A DNA stretch of 64,000 nt from Callorhinchus milii (taxonomy: Eukaryota), in contig NW_024704742.1 of assembly GCF_018977255.1 (NCBI RefSeq), forward strand, positions 107,076,001-107,140,000. Direction: 5' to 3'. Under the pieces are notes generated by a model. It saw only the letters and a program-made list of their open reading frames with translations. It did not search any database and was not told where the DNA came from. Positions within the stretch are counted from its first letter, which is position 1. Each line of letters opens with the position of its first letter. Shown here piece after piece: positions 1-12,960 of the stretch. A program made the position numbers and the translations under genes.

Positions 1-34
1 TAGACCTCGACACCTAGACTGGCAATGGTAAAAC

Positions 35-546
35 ATAATCCTTGCATTTGATGCAGTGCCTTTCACATCGAAGGATGTCTCAAAGTGCTCCACAAAATTG
101 ACAGCAAAGTGTAGTGACTGTGTATTTAATAAACGAATGCTGCGATCAATAACCAGTGTCTCACAAACAGCCATGAAGTGAATGACCAATTTCATCTGCT
201 GGATTGGTGGCCAGGACTCTGGGAGAAATTCCCTTCTCTTTTCAAATAGTGCCATAGGATTTTTAACATTCATTTTACCAGGAAGATGGGACCTCAGTTC
301 AATATCTCATGCAAAAGATGGCACTTCTGACAAGACAGGACATCTGCCCAGCACTGTATTGGATTGCCAGACTGGATTATATGTTTAAATCCTGATAAGG
401 ACCCACAACCTTCTGTCTCAAAGGCTCTGGTTGCAGGACCATGTCAGGATTTAAACACATAATCCAACCTGACAATCCAATGCAGTGCTGGGCAGATGTG
501 CTGTATTGTCAGAAGTGCAATTTAGTGCTACCAACTGAGTCAGCTT
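35..546 (-). mobile_element. Deu-domain SINE (tRNA-like head, Deu core, L2-type 3' tail) with internal inverted duplication
   Basis: Minus strand reads the head gctgactcagttggtagcact, the Deu core (aaaaatcctatggcactatttgaaaagagaagggaatttctcccagagtcctggcca) and the tail gtgaaaggcactgcatcaaatgcaaggattat. It matches many other copies in the window. Confidence 0.85.
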
Positions 547-745
547 GAAACCCAAAGTGGACTGGTAGAGGACTGGTACTAAGTATTGTGTTTGTCCTCT
601 CATTTGGAAAACATTTCCTAGCACTGAGGGACATGAAGAGAGAAGATATGGGCAAAATAATTAATAAAAAATATGCAGAGGTTCAGAACGCAAATCACCC
701 ACAAATACACACAGCCACATCACTTGGCAGTGATGTCTCAATGAT

Positions 746-925
746 AACAACAACAAATTACATTTGTCTAGCGCCTTTCACGTTGGAAGGGTGTCCCAAG
801 GTGCTGGACAGACAGGGATTTGGACCCAAGCTGGGGATAGGATGATGACTGAAGGCGCAGTCAAAGAGGAAGTTTCTTGGACATGCTTTGAAGGAGGCAA
901 GGGAAAGAGCAAGGCAAAGGAACAA
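746..925 (-). mobile_element. L2 LINE 3' end fragment
   Basis: (aac)n tail followed by atttgtctagcgcctttcacgttggaagggtgtcccaagg, the reverse complement of the L2 3' end seen at 34610-34678. Confidence 0.75.
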
Positions 926-952
926 TGGACTGGAGTTTCAACAACTCGATAA

Positions 953-1165
953 GAATAATAATCCTTCCATTTGATAGCGCCTCATCATGCCGCTGAGAAG
1001 TGCTTCACAGATTATACTGTAAAATGGAATGATTGTGTATTTTGTGGGCGAACACGGCAACCAATTTGTGCACAATGTCCCACAAACAGCCATGGAGTGA
1101 ATGACCAATTTTATTTTAATTTGATAAAGGGCTATATCAAATGCAAGGGTTATTATTATAATGAT
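953..1165. mobile_element. SINE 3' half (-) joined to an oppositely oriented SINE tail (+)
   Basis: aataatccttccatttgatagcgcc at the left end and gctatatcaaatgcaagggttattatt at the right end. Confidence 0.75.
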
Positions 1166-1734
1166 TATTGAATCAGGGCCCAGTGTCTGAGTCTTGCTTT
1201 TTGACAATTCCTTCTTGAACATTTGAACTATTTGTGATTCTTTTACGATTAGTACATTAGTACTATTTTGTGCATCACCTTTCCTCGGCTTGTTTTCTGA
1301 CTGATGAGCTGGAACAATGAGATGGAGTGACTCCAGATGCTGAGGACTGCACTGGCTGATTCTTTACAGCTGTCAGCAAATGAGTCATTCTGAGCAGCAG
1401 CCAAGGCGAGACCTAAACAAGCCCTAGTTAGTGCAGACCGGGAACTGCTGGTGGCATTTTTATAAGCTTAAAAAACAAAATCCATGCACCTTTGGACAAA
1501 TTACGCAGTATCCATGGTTTGTGTAGAAGGTCAATTTCGCCTTCAAGTAAAAAGTTTAAAAACAGAGTTTATATTGGCCCATTGCATTATTGGGTTTAAT
1601 TTGGAGGTAAATCTTAACAGGATTTGTGTTAGAAATCCCACTGACCTATGGGAGCTCTGCTCCAAAAGTATATTGCTTTGGAGCTTGCTATAAGCTCATC
1701 CTGTTCTGTAATACAGCTACCCACTAATTTCAAG

Positions 1735-1915
1735 CCTGTTTATATCGACATCCCGCATATGTCGACAACAATTTGAAGTCCTGAGCCCTTCTCCATACAG
1801 GAACACGTTGATCTTACTGTGTATGTTGACATTGACATAAATTTCGGCAGGCTTATATCGACAAATTTTATTGGCAAACTTATATTGGATGTTCTTACTG
1901 CTTATATCAACAGCT
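1735..1915. mobile_element. Possible Tc1/mariner (Tigger/pogo-like) non-autonomous DNA transposon remnant
   Basis: Recurring ttatatcgaca / tatgtcgaca / ttatatcaaca subterminal-type motifs and locally high CpG. No intact TIR pair is seen. Confidence 0.35.
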
Positions 1916-4900
1916 TGCCTCCCTACGCGGTGCCTGGCTCTCTGATTTGCACAAAGTGCTGAAATGCTCTACTTGAGCTGTGGGGCGTGCAGATGATAAG
2001 GTGCTATATCAAAGGATTATTATTATTGTTAATAAATAACTATGTAGATACCTGTTCCCTCATTCATAACTTACACAGTAGCAATTCCAAATACATGGTT
2101 ACTGTATTTTCTATAAGTTTAGAACTTCCAGCTTTTATTTGTCAAGCAAATTCAGCTAAATGCTTCCAATTTATAAAAATACCAAATGGCACGTATGCGA
2201 TTATTGATCCCACCCAATAACATTTCACCCCAATGAGTCACACAGCAAACTGCGTTTACGGTCTCACACGGGAAATAAGTAATGTGACAAATCTTGGAAG
2301 AACAGGTGGCAATTGATTTGCTCTGTGCAGCTTGCCAGTAAAGAGGACTGCATTAATAGATAAGTCAGAGAGAGAAGAAAAAAAAGCAGGAGACATCAAA
2401 GAGCAGTACGTGAAATAACATTTTTGTTTTGTTCAATGCAAGTTTTGTGCTAGAGTGTGGCTGTGAGCCTGCTCGCTGGAGTTAATTAGTCTTATGCAAG
2501 CTTGGCACACAGATGGGTTCCAGGAATAGAACTGTTAGTAGCCTTTGGTGAAAGGCCTTAGGTATAACAACTGTGTGGAAAAGTCTAGACTTGGTTTAGA
2601 TAGGAACAGAACAGTGAGAAATGTCCATAGTTGTCAAAAGTCTTTAATCCAGTGTACTTGTGAAGTAAGAGAGATTTGCACCCGACGTTCAAAATTGACC
2701 TTAGAGGTTCATCAAAAACTACAGTTTGCATTTACATAGCACTTTTTTTATGTAGGATGAATGCCTTGAAGCTCTTAGGCACGGGGGACAACAACACCAT
2801 TACATTTGTAAAGCGCCTTTCACGCGGGGGGATGTCCCAAGCAAGGAGGAAAGGACAGGGAATTTGAGAGGTACCACGAAAGAGATATTTTACGAAAAGT
2901 GTATTGATGGTTTCTTGGTCTGGACAGGTTTGATTGAATTGGTTTACTCAAAGCAAAATGGCACAAGTTCATCATTGAGTCATACGGGTGGCGTGATCAT
3001 CTGGGGCTCCTGATAGGAGCTCAAACTTGGGTAAGCAAAGCCCATCTTGGCTAAAAGAGGTTCAAAGCTATTGAAAAAGGGAAGGAAGAGGCCAGGAATA
3101 AAAGAGGAAGATGTTAGAGTGTAACATACCCAGAGAAAAAACAAAATACACAGAAACATGTTACATATGATGTGATATTTATCCCCAGTGATACCATTCA
3201 ATCTCTAAAAATTGTGGTCAAGCCATTCAATAATTAACACTTTGGCTGTGAGTGTGCACCCACCCCATTGACTTTGGTGCAGTGGTTTGGCCTGGCCTGA
3301 GGCCAGCTTGAAACAGGCAGAATTGTTGAATTGGTTTACAGAGGGCGGTGTTTGAGTTCACAGGTTACAGTCTTATCTCTAAACAAGGTTTGTAGATAGT
3401 GGATCAACAATCTGAACTGTGCTTCACTGAAAGGAAAGGCTAGTTTTGGTTTCAGACAATAGAGGTGCAGGTAGTTATGAAATGCTGAATAGCTGGCAGT
3501 GTCTTGCAGAAACACTGCGAACATAAATAACTTGTAACGCTTGTAATCCAAAGTCACAAAACTAAAGCCCATTTTATGGCCTGCCAATGGTATTATGAAC
3601 AATGAAAATATAATTAGTGCCTATTATTTCTCTTATAGATTTGGAACACATACACTACCAGGAGTAAGCAAATTCATTTTACGAGAATCATTTAGATTTT
3701 AATTGTACACTTTCATGAGCACTTGAGATCCATCCAACAACTAGGAATGAGGAAAGCAATTATATAATAATAATCCTTGCATTTGACAAAGCGCCTTATT
3801 ACAACATGAGGTGTCTCAAAACAGTTCACAGGATTTTGCTGTAAAGTGTAATGACTGTGTAGACCCCTATTAATAAATCCCCAAAAATAGATCCTTGTAT
3901 ATCGTGCACCGTATTTTATGCATAGAGGGTACAATATCTGTGACTACAGAACTATTTTTATCTTTGTTTCAAAAGTTCAGTTGTTTAATGATAAAAAAAG
4001 GTCCACAAAGTTTTGAAAATTCTGTTCTTGGAAGTTGCACAAGTGGCACGTTTCTGAAAATACCCCCATGTGGCAACTAAAGCTTCTTTCAAAATAAGAA
4101 GTCAGATATTTACTGATAAACAATTGCTAAATTTACAAAGTCAATGGCTGGTGTGTTGATTTTACAGTAAATCCTGTGAAGTGCTTTGGGACAGCCTCCT
4201 GATGTGAAATGTGCAAAAGTAAATGCAAGGATTTTTTAATTTAGTATAGTTGTGCTCGTACAATTTGTGTTCTGCTCCCTCGTACCTTCTACAGGGTATT
4301 CTGGGTAACACCCAAAAAGTGGACACATTATAGTTATATCACATGAACATTCCACACATTTGGCTTGTGAGTCAATAATAATCATGTTTTATGCACAGAC
4401 AAAAGGTCCTTGGAAAGTTGCATGGCAAGCTGGAACAAAGTATGCTGATTAATTTCTCTTTGATTCAGAAAATGCTAATTTTTTTGAAATGTGATGGCTG
4501 TTTAAAAATGTTATTGAGGAATATAAAAGAAGGACAGATTTAAGAAAGAAATATACAAGATGATTGTTGATGGTTTACATATTGGCATTTCTATGGTAAA
4601 TTGAACATTTTAACTCAGAAAGATTTAGAATCAGATTTGAAGCTTAAATCTATTTTCTAGAAAATAATATTTTTTCTTAATAGACATCCTGTTTGAGTTG
4701 CTGCTTTGAAGACATTCCAAGTGGGAAATGTTTGATTTAGGGTGGTAACCTGAACCGGAGACTTAAAGCAGCATTCCTGGAAGTGTCTATTTCTAGATTA
4801 TGTTGTGCTTACTCCCCTGATGTCTGTTCAGATCTCTCAAGCGATCTATTGAAAGGTCTGGGAACTTGGAACACACCATAATGTAATGGTTTTGCTTCAC

Positions 4901-5020
4901 TAATTGTTTAAGCACATTAAAAAATAAACACGCAAGTTTTGCACGGAATGCCAAAATCGTTTTTTCCCTCATCCTTGTGGAGTGAGCGACATAAAGCCAG
5001 CTTTTCACTCTAGAAACCTG

Positions 5021-5175
5021 GATTGTTGTAAAATTTAAGATTAATCAAAATTGTGGAAAATTCTTAAATTCATTCTTAATTTGGAAGCTGATTTTCTGAA
5101 GTTCATAAGAGGAGCTGGCTTCACCAACAAACATTTAAGACAAATTCTCCTATTGGATAAGACAAAGTAAAATTG
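5021..5175. mobile_element. Palindromic MITE-like family, partial copy 1
   Basis: aaaatttaaga...aaaattgtggaaaattcttaaattcattcttaatttggaagctg aligns to the reverse complement of 14200-14290. Confidence 0.6.
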
Positions 5176-6092
5176 TATTAAACCTTAAGGCTAAGATCAT
5201 GAGGATTTGGAGCCTCAGATGAGTTTACTGTACTGCTGGGCGTGAAACATCTCTGCCTCTGCAGTATAACCACAGGATTAAACATTTCCTTCAACCCATA
5301 CATTGATATATGATGTTTGTAGGGGGAAATGTGCATCTATAATGATTTTCATGATAGGAAACGATTAAAATATTATGCATATTGGCGACAGCAGTGCCAC
5401 AAACAGTATCTCATGAATGTCGAGCTGTTGTTAAAGATTGATTTTGACAGGACTGTAAAAAGCTTATTTTTTGTGCTGGGCTTGTCTTGCTGATCCAGCA
5501 GCAAAACACTTTGGTAATGAAAAAATAATATGTGCAATAAAGAAGCTTTTCAGGTGACAAGGCTACTGATATATCAGATGCATTATTAGAATCAAGTCAA
5601 AATTGGGAGTGAAACTGCAGAAAATGAACTGCTGACTTCCTCCTGCAACTGTGGGTGGTTCTTCACTCCTAGCGCAAGTTAAATAAAAAAATCAACTTGA
5701 GGTTAAGGAGGAATCTGAATAATACAATGAAGTCTGCAGCAATGAAGCAGTGTATAAAATAGTATTTTTGCATTGTTGCACAATGTTAGGAATGTTAGGA
5801 ATCTTGGCATCCATGCTAAATCTGTTTACTAAATAAATAAAGTCGCTGATCCTTTATAGTTCACTGGGTCTTATAATTTGTGAAAGGATAATTACACAGT
5901 TAAAAAAAGGAGTAACTCATTGATCATGGTACAAGATAATCAGTGATTGCCCGATGGGAAAGACATCATTAGACATGGAAGAAGGTTAATAGTTTACAAG
6001 ATCAGCCTTCATTTAAAACTTCTAAACGGCTGCATTTGCTCCAAAGGCATAACACTACAGAGACCACGTTCACATTTCACAATAGCTGACAT

Positions 6093-6307
6093 GAGTCTGA
6101 AATTCCACTTACCCTTAGCCTGTAATGCCGTCTGGTCTTAAAAACTTGTGACAGAATTGTGGAAGGCTTTTTCAATTTAGGAGTTAAATTTGGAAACTGT
6201 TTTTTTTCTGTTGTTCTTTTTAAAATGGACCAGCTTCCAAATTAAGACTGAATTGTTAAATTTTAAGAGAAAATTATCTTCCTGGTTAAGATAAAGTGGA
6301 ATCTGGA
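6093..6307. mobile_element. Palindromic MITE-like family, copy 2
   Basis: Starts gagtctgaaattccacttacccttagcctgtaa and ends ggttaagataaagtggaat (imperfect TIR). Internal ttggaaact...agcttccaa symmetry. Confidence 0.65.
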
Positions 6308-6868
6308 GTATTAAGTCTTCTTGTCTTTCTGGGTGTGGGTTGTGCTTAAAACGTTAAAGTGTACGAATAAATAAATGAATAAATAAATATATATAAGTAA
6401 AGGGAAAGCATATGGTAGGACATGGCTTCAGGTGCTATCTGCCCCAGGATGTGATAAGTGTTCCAACAACAACAACTAATTACATTTGTTTAGCGCCTTT
6501 CACATCAAGAGGATGTCCAAAGAGCCATATTGTGGACGCTTATAATCTTTTTCTGGATATTTGCCTCTGGTAGTTTCTGTTGATTTTTGAGAATAATATA
6601 AAGCAGGAGTCTGGAGATTCACATGTAGTGCAAGAAACAGACGCATGTCGAGACTTGAGTTTGCATTCCTGGCATGTTATAATTGAGCATGAAATTAGAT
6701 TGATTCGAAAAATAATGTGATAATTCTTGCTTCTGATAGAGCACCTTTTCTCTTCATCAATATGTCTTAAAGTGCCTCCCAGGATATACTTAAAGTGGCC
6801 TTACTGTGCGTACGTTATCAGTAAACGGCCATAAAAGAGCATTATTAAAGGGTATGATAAAAAGAGCA

Positions 6869-6948
6869 GGGATTGGGATTAGAGTTGCAAGCTTCAGACA
6901 GAAACGATTACCAGCACAGACACGATGGGCCGAATGGTTTCCTTCTGC
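6869..6948 (+). mobile_element. CR1 3' UTR fragment
   Basis: cagcacagacacgatgggccgaatggtttccttctg matches the CR1 3' UTR at 50246-50282. Confidence 0.7.
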
Positions 6949-7761
6949 TCGCTGAGTCTGTCATTCCAAAACCAGTCGCCTCCCATTCACAGACCATCGG
7001 AAATGTGGGGTCATCACTCGGGAATGTTGCCAACGCTGCTGTAGTGGAATTGTTAGAGCTTCAAATCCAAGAGTCAATTATGGCTGGGCTTGACTCTTTC
7101 AGCGATAGTTTGCAGGCAGCCGTTGTGAAGGGTACCTGAGACTCAGCACCAGATGTACAGCACTGTACAGTTGGACAGTTGTTGAGCTGCTCTTCACCCA
7201 TGCAATCTATCTAGAGTACAATTACAGCATCCTGGTTCAACCTATTGCTAGCTCCTGAACCCCAACAAAACCTTGGGCAAGGGTCTGCTGCTTTGCCTCC
7301 CATTAGAGTCCACCCTGTGAGAGCATAACCAGAGATATCTGGAGCGAGAGGGGGAATGTGTAATGTGATATATTTATTATTGCTAATTATTACAGCACTT
7401 ACTATATTTTATGCTATAGCACCTGTTGGCTCTTGAACGATGATACTTGTGGACGAGTAATATCTTTTGATTGTTAAATGTACAGCGATTACATTGAATA
7501 TAATTTCTGCTCCATGTAAATATCATCACGCCTCAGCAATCCAAAGACAACATCAACATCGATATTAAGGTTGAGGCTGTTGGCAAAATAATTGACCCCA
7601 AATGAATAAATCCTCCCCTGGAGTTTTCAGTGTACATCAGACAAATTGATAAATATAGGGTAAAAAATAAAGTTAATTTTATATCTCAATATCTTGAGAA
7701 TATATTGAAATATACCTGAATATCTCAATGAGATTATTATCTTGGTATGACTGTTAGTGTG

Positions 7762-8172
7762 CAACAACAACAACAACTTGCATTTATATATCGCCCCTCA
7801 CGCAGGATAGCGTTCCAGAGTGTTTGACAGCGGCGGAGCACGACTCTGAGCCGAGGGAGGTGACCGAAGCCACTGTCGAATGGGAAGGTCTTCAGGTGTA
7901 ACCTGAAAATGGGGAACAAAAGGGCAAGGCAGAGGGATGGAGGGTGGGTGTTCTAGAGTTTCGGGGCGTTCCAGAGTTTCGGGACTTTTCGGGGTGTAAT
8001 GGCTGAAAGCGCAGCCACCAATGGTGGAAGGGAGGCACGAGGGACATGCAGAAGGCCGGAGTCAGTCGAGTGGAGCCAGCGGCTTGTGGGTTGGAGGGTA
8101 AGCAGATCGGAGAGGTTGGGCGGTGCAGAGCATGAAAGGATTTGAAAATGACTGTGAGGATCTTGAAATCAA
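7762..8172 (-). mobile_element. L2 LINE 3' fragment (second tail variant)
   Basis: ORF 7892-8194 contains FKILTVIFKSFHAL (L2 ORF2 C-terminal region). Tail ctatcctgcgtgaggggcgatatataaatgcaagttgttgttg. Confidence 0.8.
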
Positions 8173-8929
8173 TGGTATAAACCATCTGCATCAATTAATG
8201 CAATTATACCTTGTAGATACTACTAGAAATCATTGGGATTGAAAATGCGGCATTTGCAAACCGGAATTTGCTGCTCCACTGAATTCTTCTCAAATTGGGC
8301 AATTTCAGGGGCAAACCAGAAGTCACAACTAGGGCAGAGACTTGTGGTTTGTGATTGCTGTATTTTCAATTTCAATATCTTTACTTAAACCACCTGAAAA
8401 CTTGATCATAATATTGGTTTGTAATCATTCCTGAATATCGCTCACACTGTAAACAGTATAAACAACAACAGCAAGTTGCATTTATATAGCGCCGTTTACG
8501 CAGGGTAGGTCTCGGAGCTAAACAGCTGAATCTGTTGTAGATTATTGTCTTACCCCCTGGTATTTTTTGTGGTGTAAGCATCAACTATAATGTTATTTTG
8601 TTATTGTGCTGCTCATCACCCATATGGGTGATACCCCTTTTTTTTGTATAAAGTTGGTTTAAAAAGCCAATTGAGGAAGAAGTGATAGACCCCAAATTTA
8701 AGAAGAATACTGAGATCAATTCATGTAATGTTCTTTTACACAGACATATCTTTAACTGTTGCATTTTCACTACAATAGAGTATTCCTTATTTCTTAATGC
8801 TAGCAGTCTTTCTTATTTATTGTGGCAATTAAGTTGAGGAATACATTTATTTGATTATTTAACCATAACAAGTACTTGCATTTAAGTAGTTGTAATTTTC
8901 TTGTTTATTTATTGTTCTTGATTCAGGAA

Positions 8930-9092
8930 GAGGTTTGGCATACGGTGCAAATCGATTAATAGTAGAAAAAAATCCAAATACCAGGCATATGGGGAAAAGG
9001 CAGGTAAACGGTACTGAAAGGATTACTCTTAAAAGAGACAACACCGACATGATGGGCTGAATGGCCCTCTTCTGTGCTGTACATTTCTATGG
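8930..9092 (+). mobile_element. CR1 3' end fragment
   Basis: ggcatatggggaaaaggcagg...gacatgatgggctgaatggccctcttctgtgctgtacatttctatg. Confidence 0.7.
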
Positions 9093-10586
9093 ATCTAAAT
9101 GAAGAAAATGATAATAACTAAAAGCTTCACCGATCTTACAGTGGAAATCTAAGTTCTCATAACTTTCTAATGTTTATAATAATCCTTGCATTTGACATAG
9201 CTCCTTATCAGGTCATCAAAATGCCTCAATGTGCCTGTTTAGACCATAACAAGCAGTTAAACTGCCTTAAAAATCAATAGAAGTGGTTGGTGCCTGCAGT
9301 CAGAATACATTTCAGCTCCACACTGACTGATTTTCTTAATTAGTCTTTTTTTAAAAAAACAAGTTCATTACATTTCAGCTATTGTAAGTGCGGTCGTCAG
9401 TTTCAGAATCATTAGTCCAGTGTATGCAGTCAGTTTCAGGTTAGGCTCCCAACCTGAAGAAGCATTTGCTGCAGAATTCCTGGGCACTCAGGAGTCTGTT
9501 CTGCTCAGGATACACTGTCAGTGAGTGCAGAGGTGCCTGATGTTTGTTCCCTGAGCCAGAGAACCACTCACTTCCCATTGGGAAGAATTTTTTTGTTATT
9601 AAAAATTGCAAAGTGCTAAAAAAGCTGAAATCACCAATGTACTAGTGAATTTTTCAAATCTTTGCCCTATTTGTCTTCTGCTCCTATACAATTTCTCCTG
9701 TTGGTTATACCATTTCTCGTGTGCAGTGAACATCCATGATTTATGTGCAATTTAACCACTGAAATTTCTGTAACTGGCACATTTTCTGACTACCATATCA
9801 CATGAGATGCATGTCACATTACAACAATCTAACTGTCCTCCCCTGTACTGCTTCCCACCGGTTTCAATTATTCAGTCTCCGTCACAGCAGATGTTTCTCG
9901 ACTGCTCCAGTTACTGTTGTAAAATAGATGAAACATCTGGCCCACTGCATTGAATTTGGATTTTCTTTGGTAGGTTGAACTTGCAACTGTTTTGAGAGTA
10001 AAAGGGAAAGCAGGAATCTTGGAGAATTCTGGTTTCTAAAAGGGCAGCCTTTTGCGTATGTTTCCTCTCTGTGCACAGCCTTTTTCACCTTTAGTTCACC
10101 TGGTTCAGTGTCAGGCTCCGCCACTGATCAGTGCTCTGAGATGCTATATAATTGCAAGTTGTTGTTGTTGGTCTCTTGATTCTGCCTCAATAAATCATTT
10201 TGAAATTGAAGGAACTGTACTTATTTTGATGATCATCTACTTCTAGGGCACATTACAAGGTGGTTTATCTTTAAACAAATCATTTAATTTCAACAGAAAC
10301 ATTGTATATGGTGCCAGAGTGCTTGACTGAGCTTTTAGAAGCAGGAATGAAAATAATTTTCCTACAGCTTTAAACATAATTGAAGGGCTTCTTTTGCACA
10401 AGATGACTACCACTCATTAATTCACATCCAAGTTTTTTGTATTTCTGCTTATTTTGTTACATGTAATTGTACACTATTATCATTGTCATTGTACTATCTG
10501 CAACATAATTATAATTGTAAAATGGTAATAGGCATTTTCCTTTCAATAGCAATTTTCTATGCTAATTTACTGTCAGTTCTAGTGTC

Positions 10587-10900
10587 TGAAAGAATCATAG
10601 GAGGAGGCCATTCACACCCCCAGTCGGTGCTCCATCCAATAGTCTCTCTGCCTCACCCCCTTTCTCCCCACCTTTAAAACCCACCAATGACCTTCATTTT
10701 CAACCTCAGCAGCCTCGTGTGGCACAATATTGCAGTGTGTGTTACCTGCATCGCCTTTGGTGATGTTGTCCACGAATGGGATTTTCCATTATAAATAGCC
10801 TTTGCCAAAGACACTTCAATGCTTTCCCTTATATCTTCTGGTGATGATCTTGAATTGATGACTGCTTGTTACCGATTTACCAATCGGCTTGAATAATCTT
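10587..10900 (-). mobile_element. Degenerate CR1 3' fragment
   Basis: agaatcataggaggaggccattc...cctttctcccca resembles the reverse complement of the CR1 3' UTR and ORF2 end. Confidence 0.5.
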
Positions 10901-11771
10901 TCAGTACAGTATCTATACTTTCAACACCTTTTACTAACTTTGCTCTCAAAATCTTTTTTTCAAAACTTTTGGACTATCTGTGGGCTGAATTTCACTTAGC
11001 ATGATTCCATCTGTACCCAAACAAGTGCTTAATACCTCCAGTGCCTTGAAGTACAGAAGTACCCATTAGCTTTGCTGTTCCATAGTGACATTTTGTAGAG
11101 GAAAATAGATAGTTTTGACACTCTAATTTACCATCTGCTTCCAACAAGCACTGTTGTCTGTGCGGGTAATGCACTGGGGGCCATTAATGGCAATATTGTG
11201 TAACAAGATACATTATGTCAACATCAGTATTTCCAGGGCAAATAATGGGTAGTGTTTGGCTGCTCTATCAACTTGTATTAACTCCAGCTTCACAAGGGCA
11301 CCTTTTACTAGTGTGACATCAAAATGACATACTCCACCTGTACTAGGTGAAATGCATTCAATGAGTTCTGAAATGTGAGTGGATTCAGACTAGAGGTGTC
11401 ATGCATGATTTACCCCTTCCCACGACATCAAAACGTTTCTTTTATATATTTTTTAAAATACTTGAACTACTAGTTCAGTGATTCCTTCCCATCTCAAACA
11501 AAACTGGATCTATATAACTAGGAGGAAGGTTAACAAGCTATGACCTTTAACAGTGACAGGGATTGACATGGTGTAGCGGGTGGTAGAATCCCGACCCCCA
11601 GCTCAGGTCCAAAACTCTATCTGTCCAGCGCCTTAGGATGTCCTCCCAATGTGAAAGACACTTTACAAAATGTAATTTTGTATCCTGGGTTCAGGCAACT
11701 TTCTGGTATCCCTTTCCAGATGCTCATTTAACTGCCCTGCACTGAGCTTGCAAATCCAGTTCATTTATCTC

Positions 11772-12145
11772 ATAATAATAATCCTTGTATTTGATATAAG
11801 TGTTTTTCATATCAGGAAGACATCTTAAACCATTTCATAGGGATATACTGTAAAGTATAGTGATGTGTATTTGTAGGGAAATATGACAGCCCATTTGCAC
11901 ACAGCAATGTCTCACAAACAACCATGAAATCAATGATCAATTTTAATTGGGGGATTATAGGCCAGGACACCAGGAGAAATTTAATTTCCTTATCGATTAG
12001 AACCATGGGATCTTTATCATTCACTTGAACAAGCGGACAGGATTTTGTTTTAACTTCTTATCTGAAGGACAGCACCTCCAAAAATGCAACACACTGCCAG
12101 TACTGCGCTGGAGTGTCATCTTAGACAATGTGAGTTCAAAGTCCC
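11772..12145 (-). mobile_element. Deu-domain SINE
   Basis: Tail ataataatccttgtatttgatata and Deu core ggccaggacaccaggagaaa...ccatgggatctttatcattcacttgaac. Confidence 0.85.
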
Positions 12146-12379
12146 AATGTAGTGAGGGAAACAGGAGGGAATTCTTGTTTGGGCCCTCAAGGCCCAATTT
12201 TCCTCACTCTGCTGTCTTTAAGCATTAAATTAAAATGTTGGAGCTTCCTGACACAAGCCCCCAGCAACAAATTGCCTATAATGCACCACTAATTGACTGT
12301 ATCACTCAAATAAACTAACAGAGAAATAGAAATGTCACAATGGTGCAGTATAGATTGCTCCTTTGAAGTTGGGACCAAG

Positions 12380-12530
12380 ACTCATTGTTAGAGCAAAGTA
12401 GAGATAATTTTATTCTGCATTCAATGTATGCCTCACCTGACCGGGGAGAGCTTGATGTTGATAGTGGGTGTTAAAACTGGAAAACTGTTTTGTTCCCTAG
12501 TCCTGACATCTCTCATTTTAATGAGTGCAG
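12380..12530 (+). repeat. Old dispersed repeat of unassigned family; related copy at ~59440-59560 (-)
   Basis: cctgaccggggagagcttgatgttgatagtgggtg resembles the reverse complement of cacccagtgccagcatcaagcgttcccaggtcaag (59473-59507). Confidence 0.5.
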
Positions 12531-12805
12531 AAAAATTTTATTTTCATAAAATAAATCACAGAGGTGTAAGGATGTTACATTAGTCTTGTACAAAAGAGTC
12601 TCATGTCTGTCATCTGAAACACATAACTCAATATTGAAACACATTCCTCACAATTGGAAGGACAGTGTTGTACTGTGCTATCTGATCATCAAATACCATC
12701 ATTCTTATTTAAAGGAATAATCACCAGTGGTAGATTAAATGCAACAGAGGGCTCAATATCTGTACTAAGTAGGATTGGCCTATTGTGGATAAAATGTCAA
12801 CATTG

Positions 12806-12960
12806 ATAATAATAATATAATAATAATAATCCTTACATTTGGTAGAGTGATTTATCACGTCCTCAAGACATCTAAAAGTGCTTCACGGAATATACTGTAA
12901 AGTGGAGTGACTTTGTATTGTGTGGGCAAAACGCAACAGCTAATTGCGCACGGCAATTGA
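12806..12960 (-). mobile_element. SINE 3' fragment
   Basis: (taa)n tail followed by ccttacatttgg...aaagtgcttcacggaatatactgtaaagtg. Confidence 0.75.
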
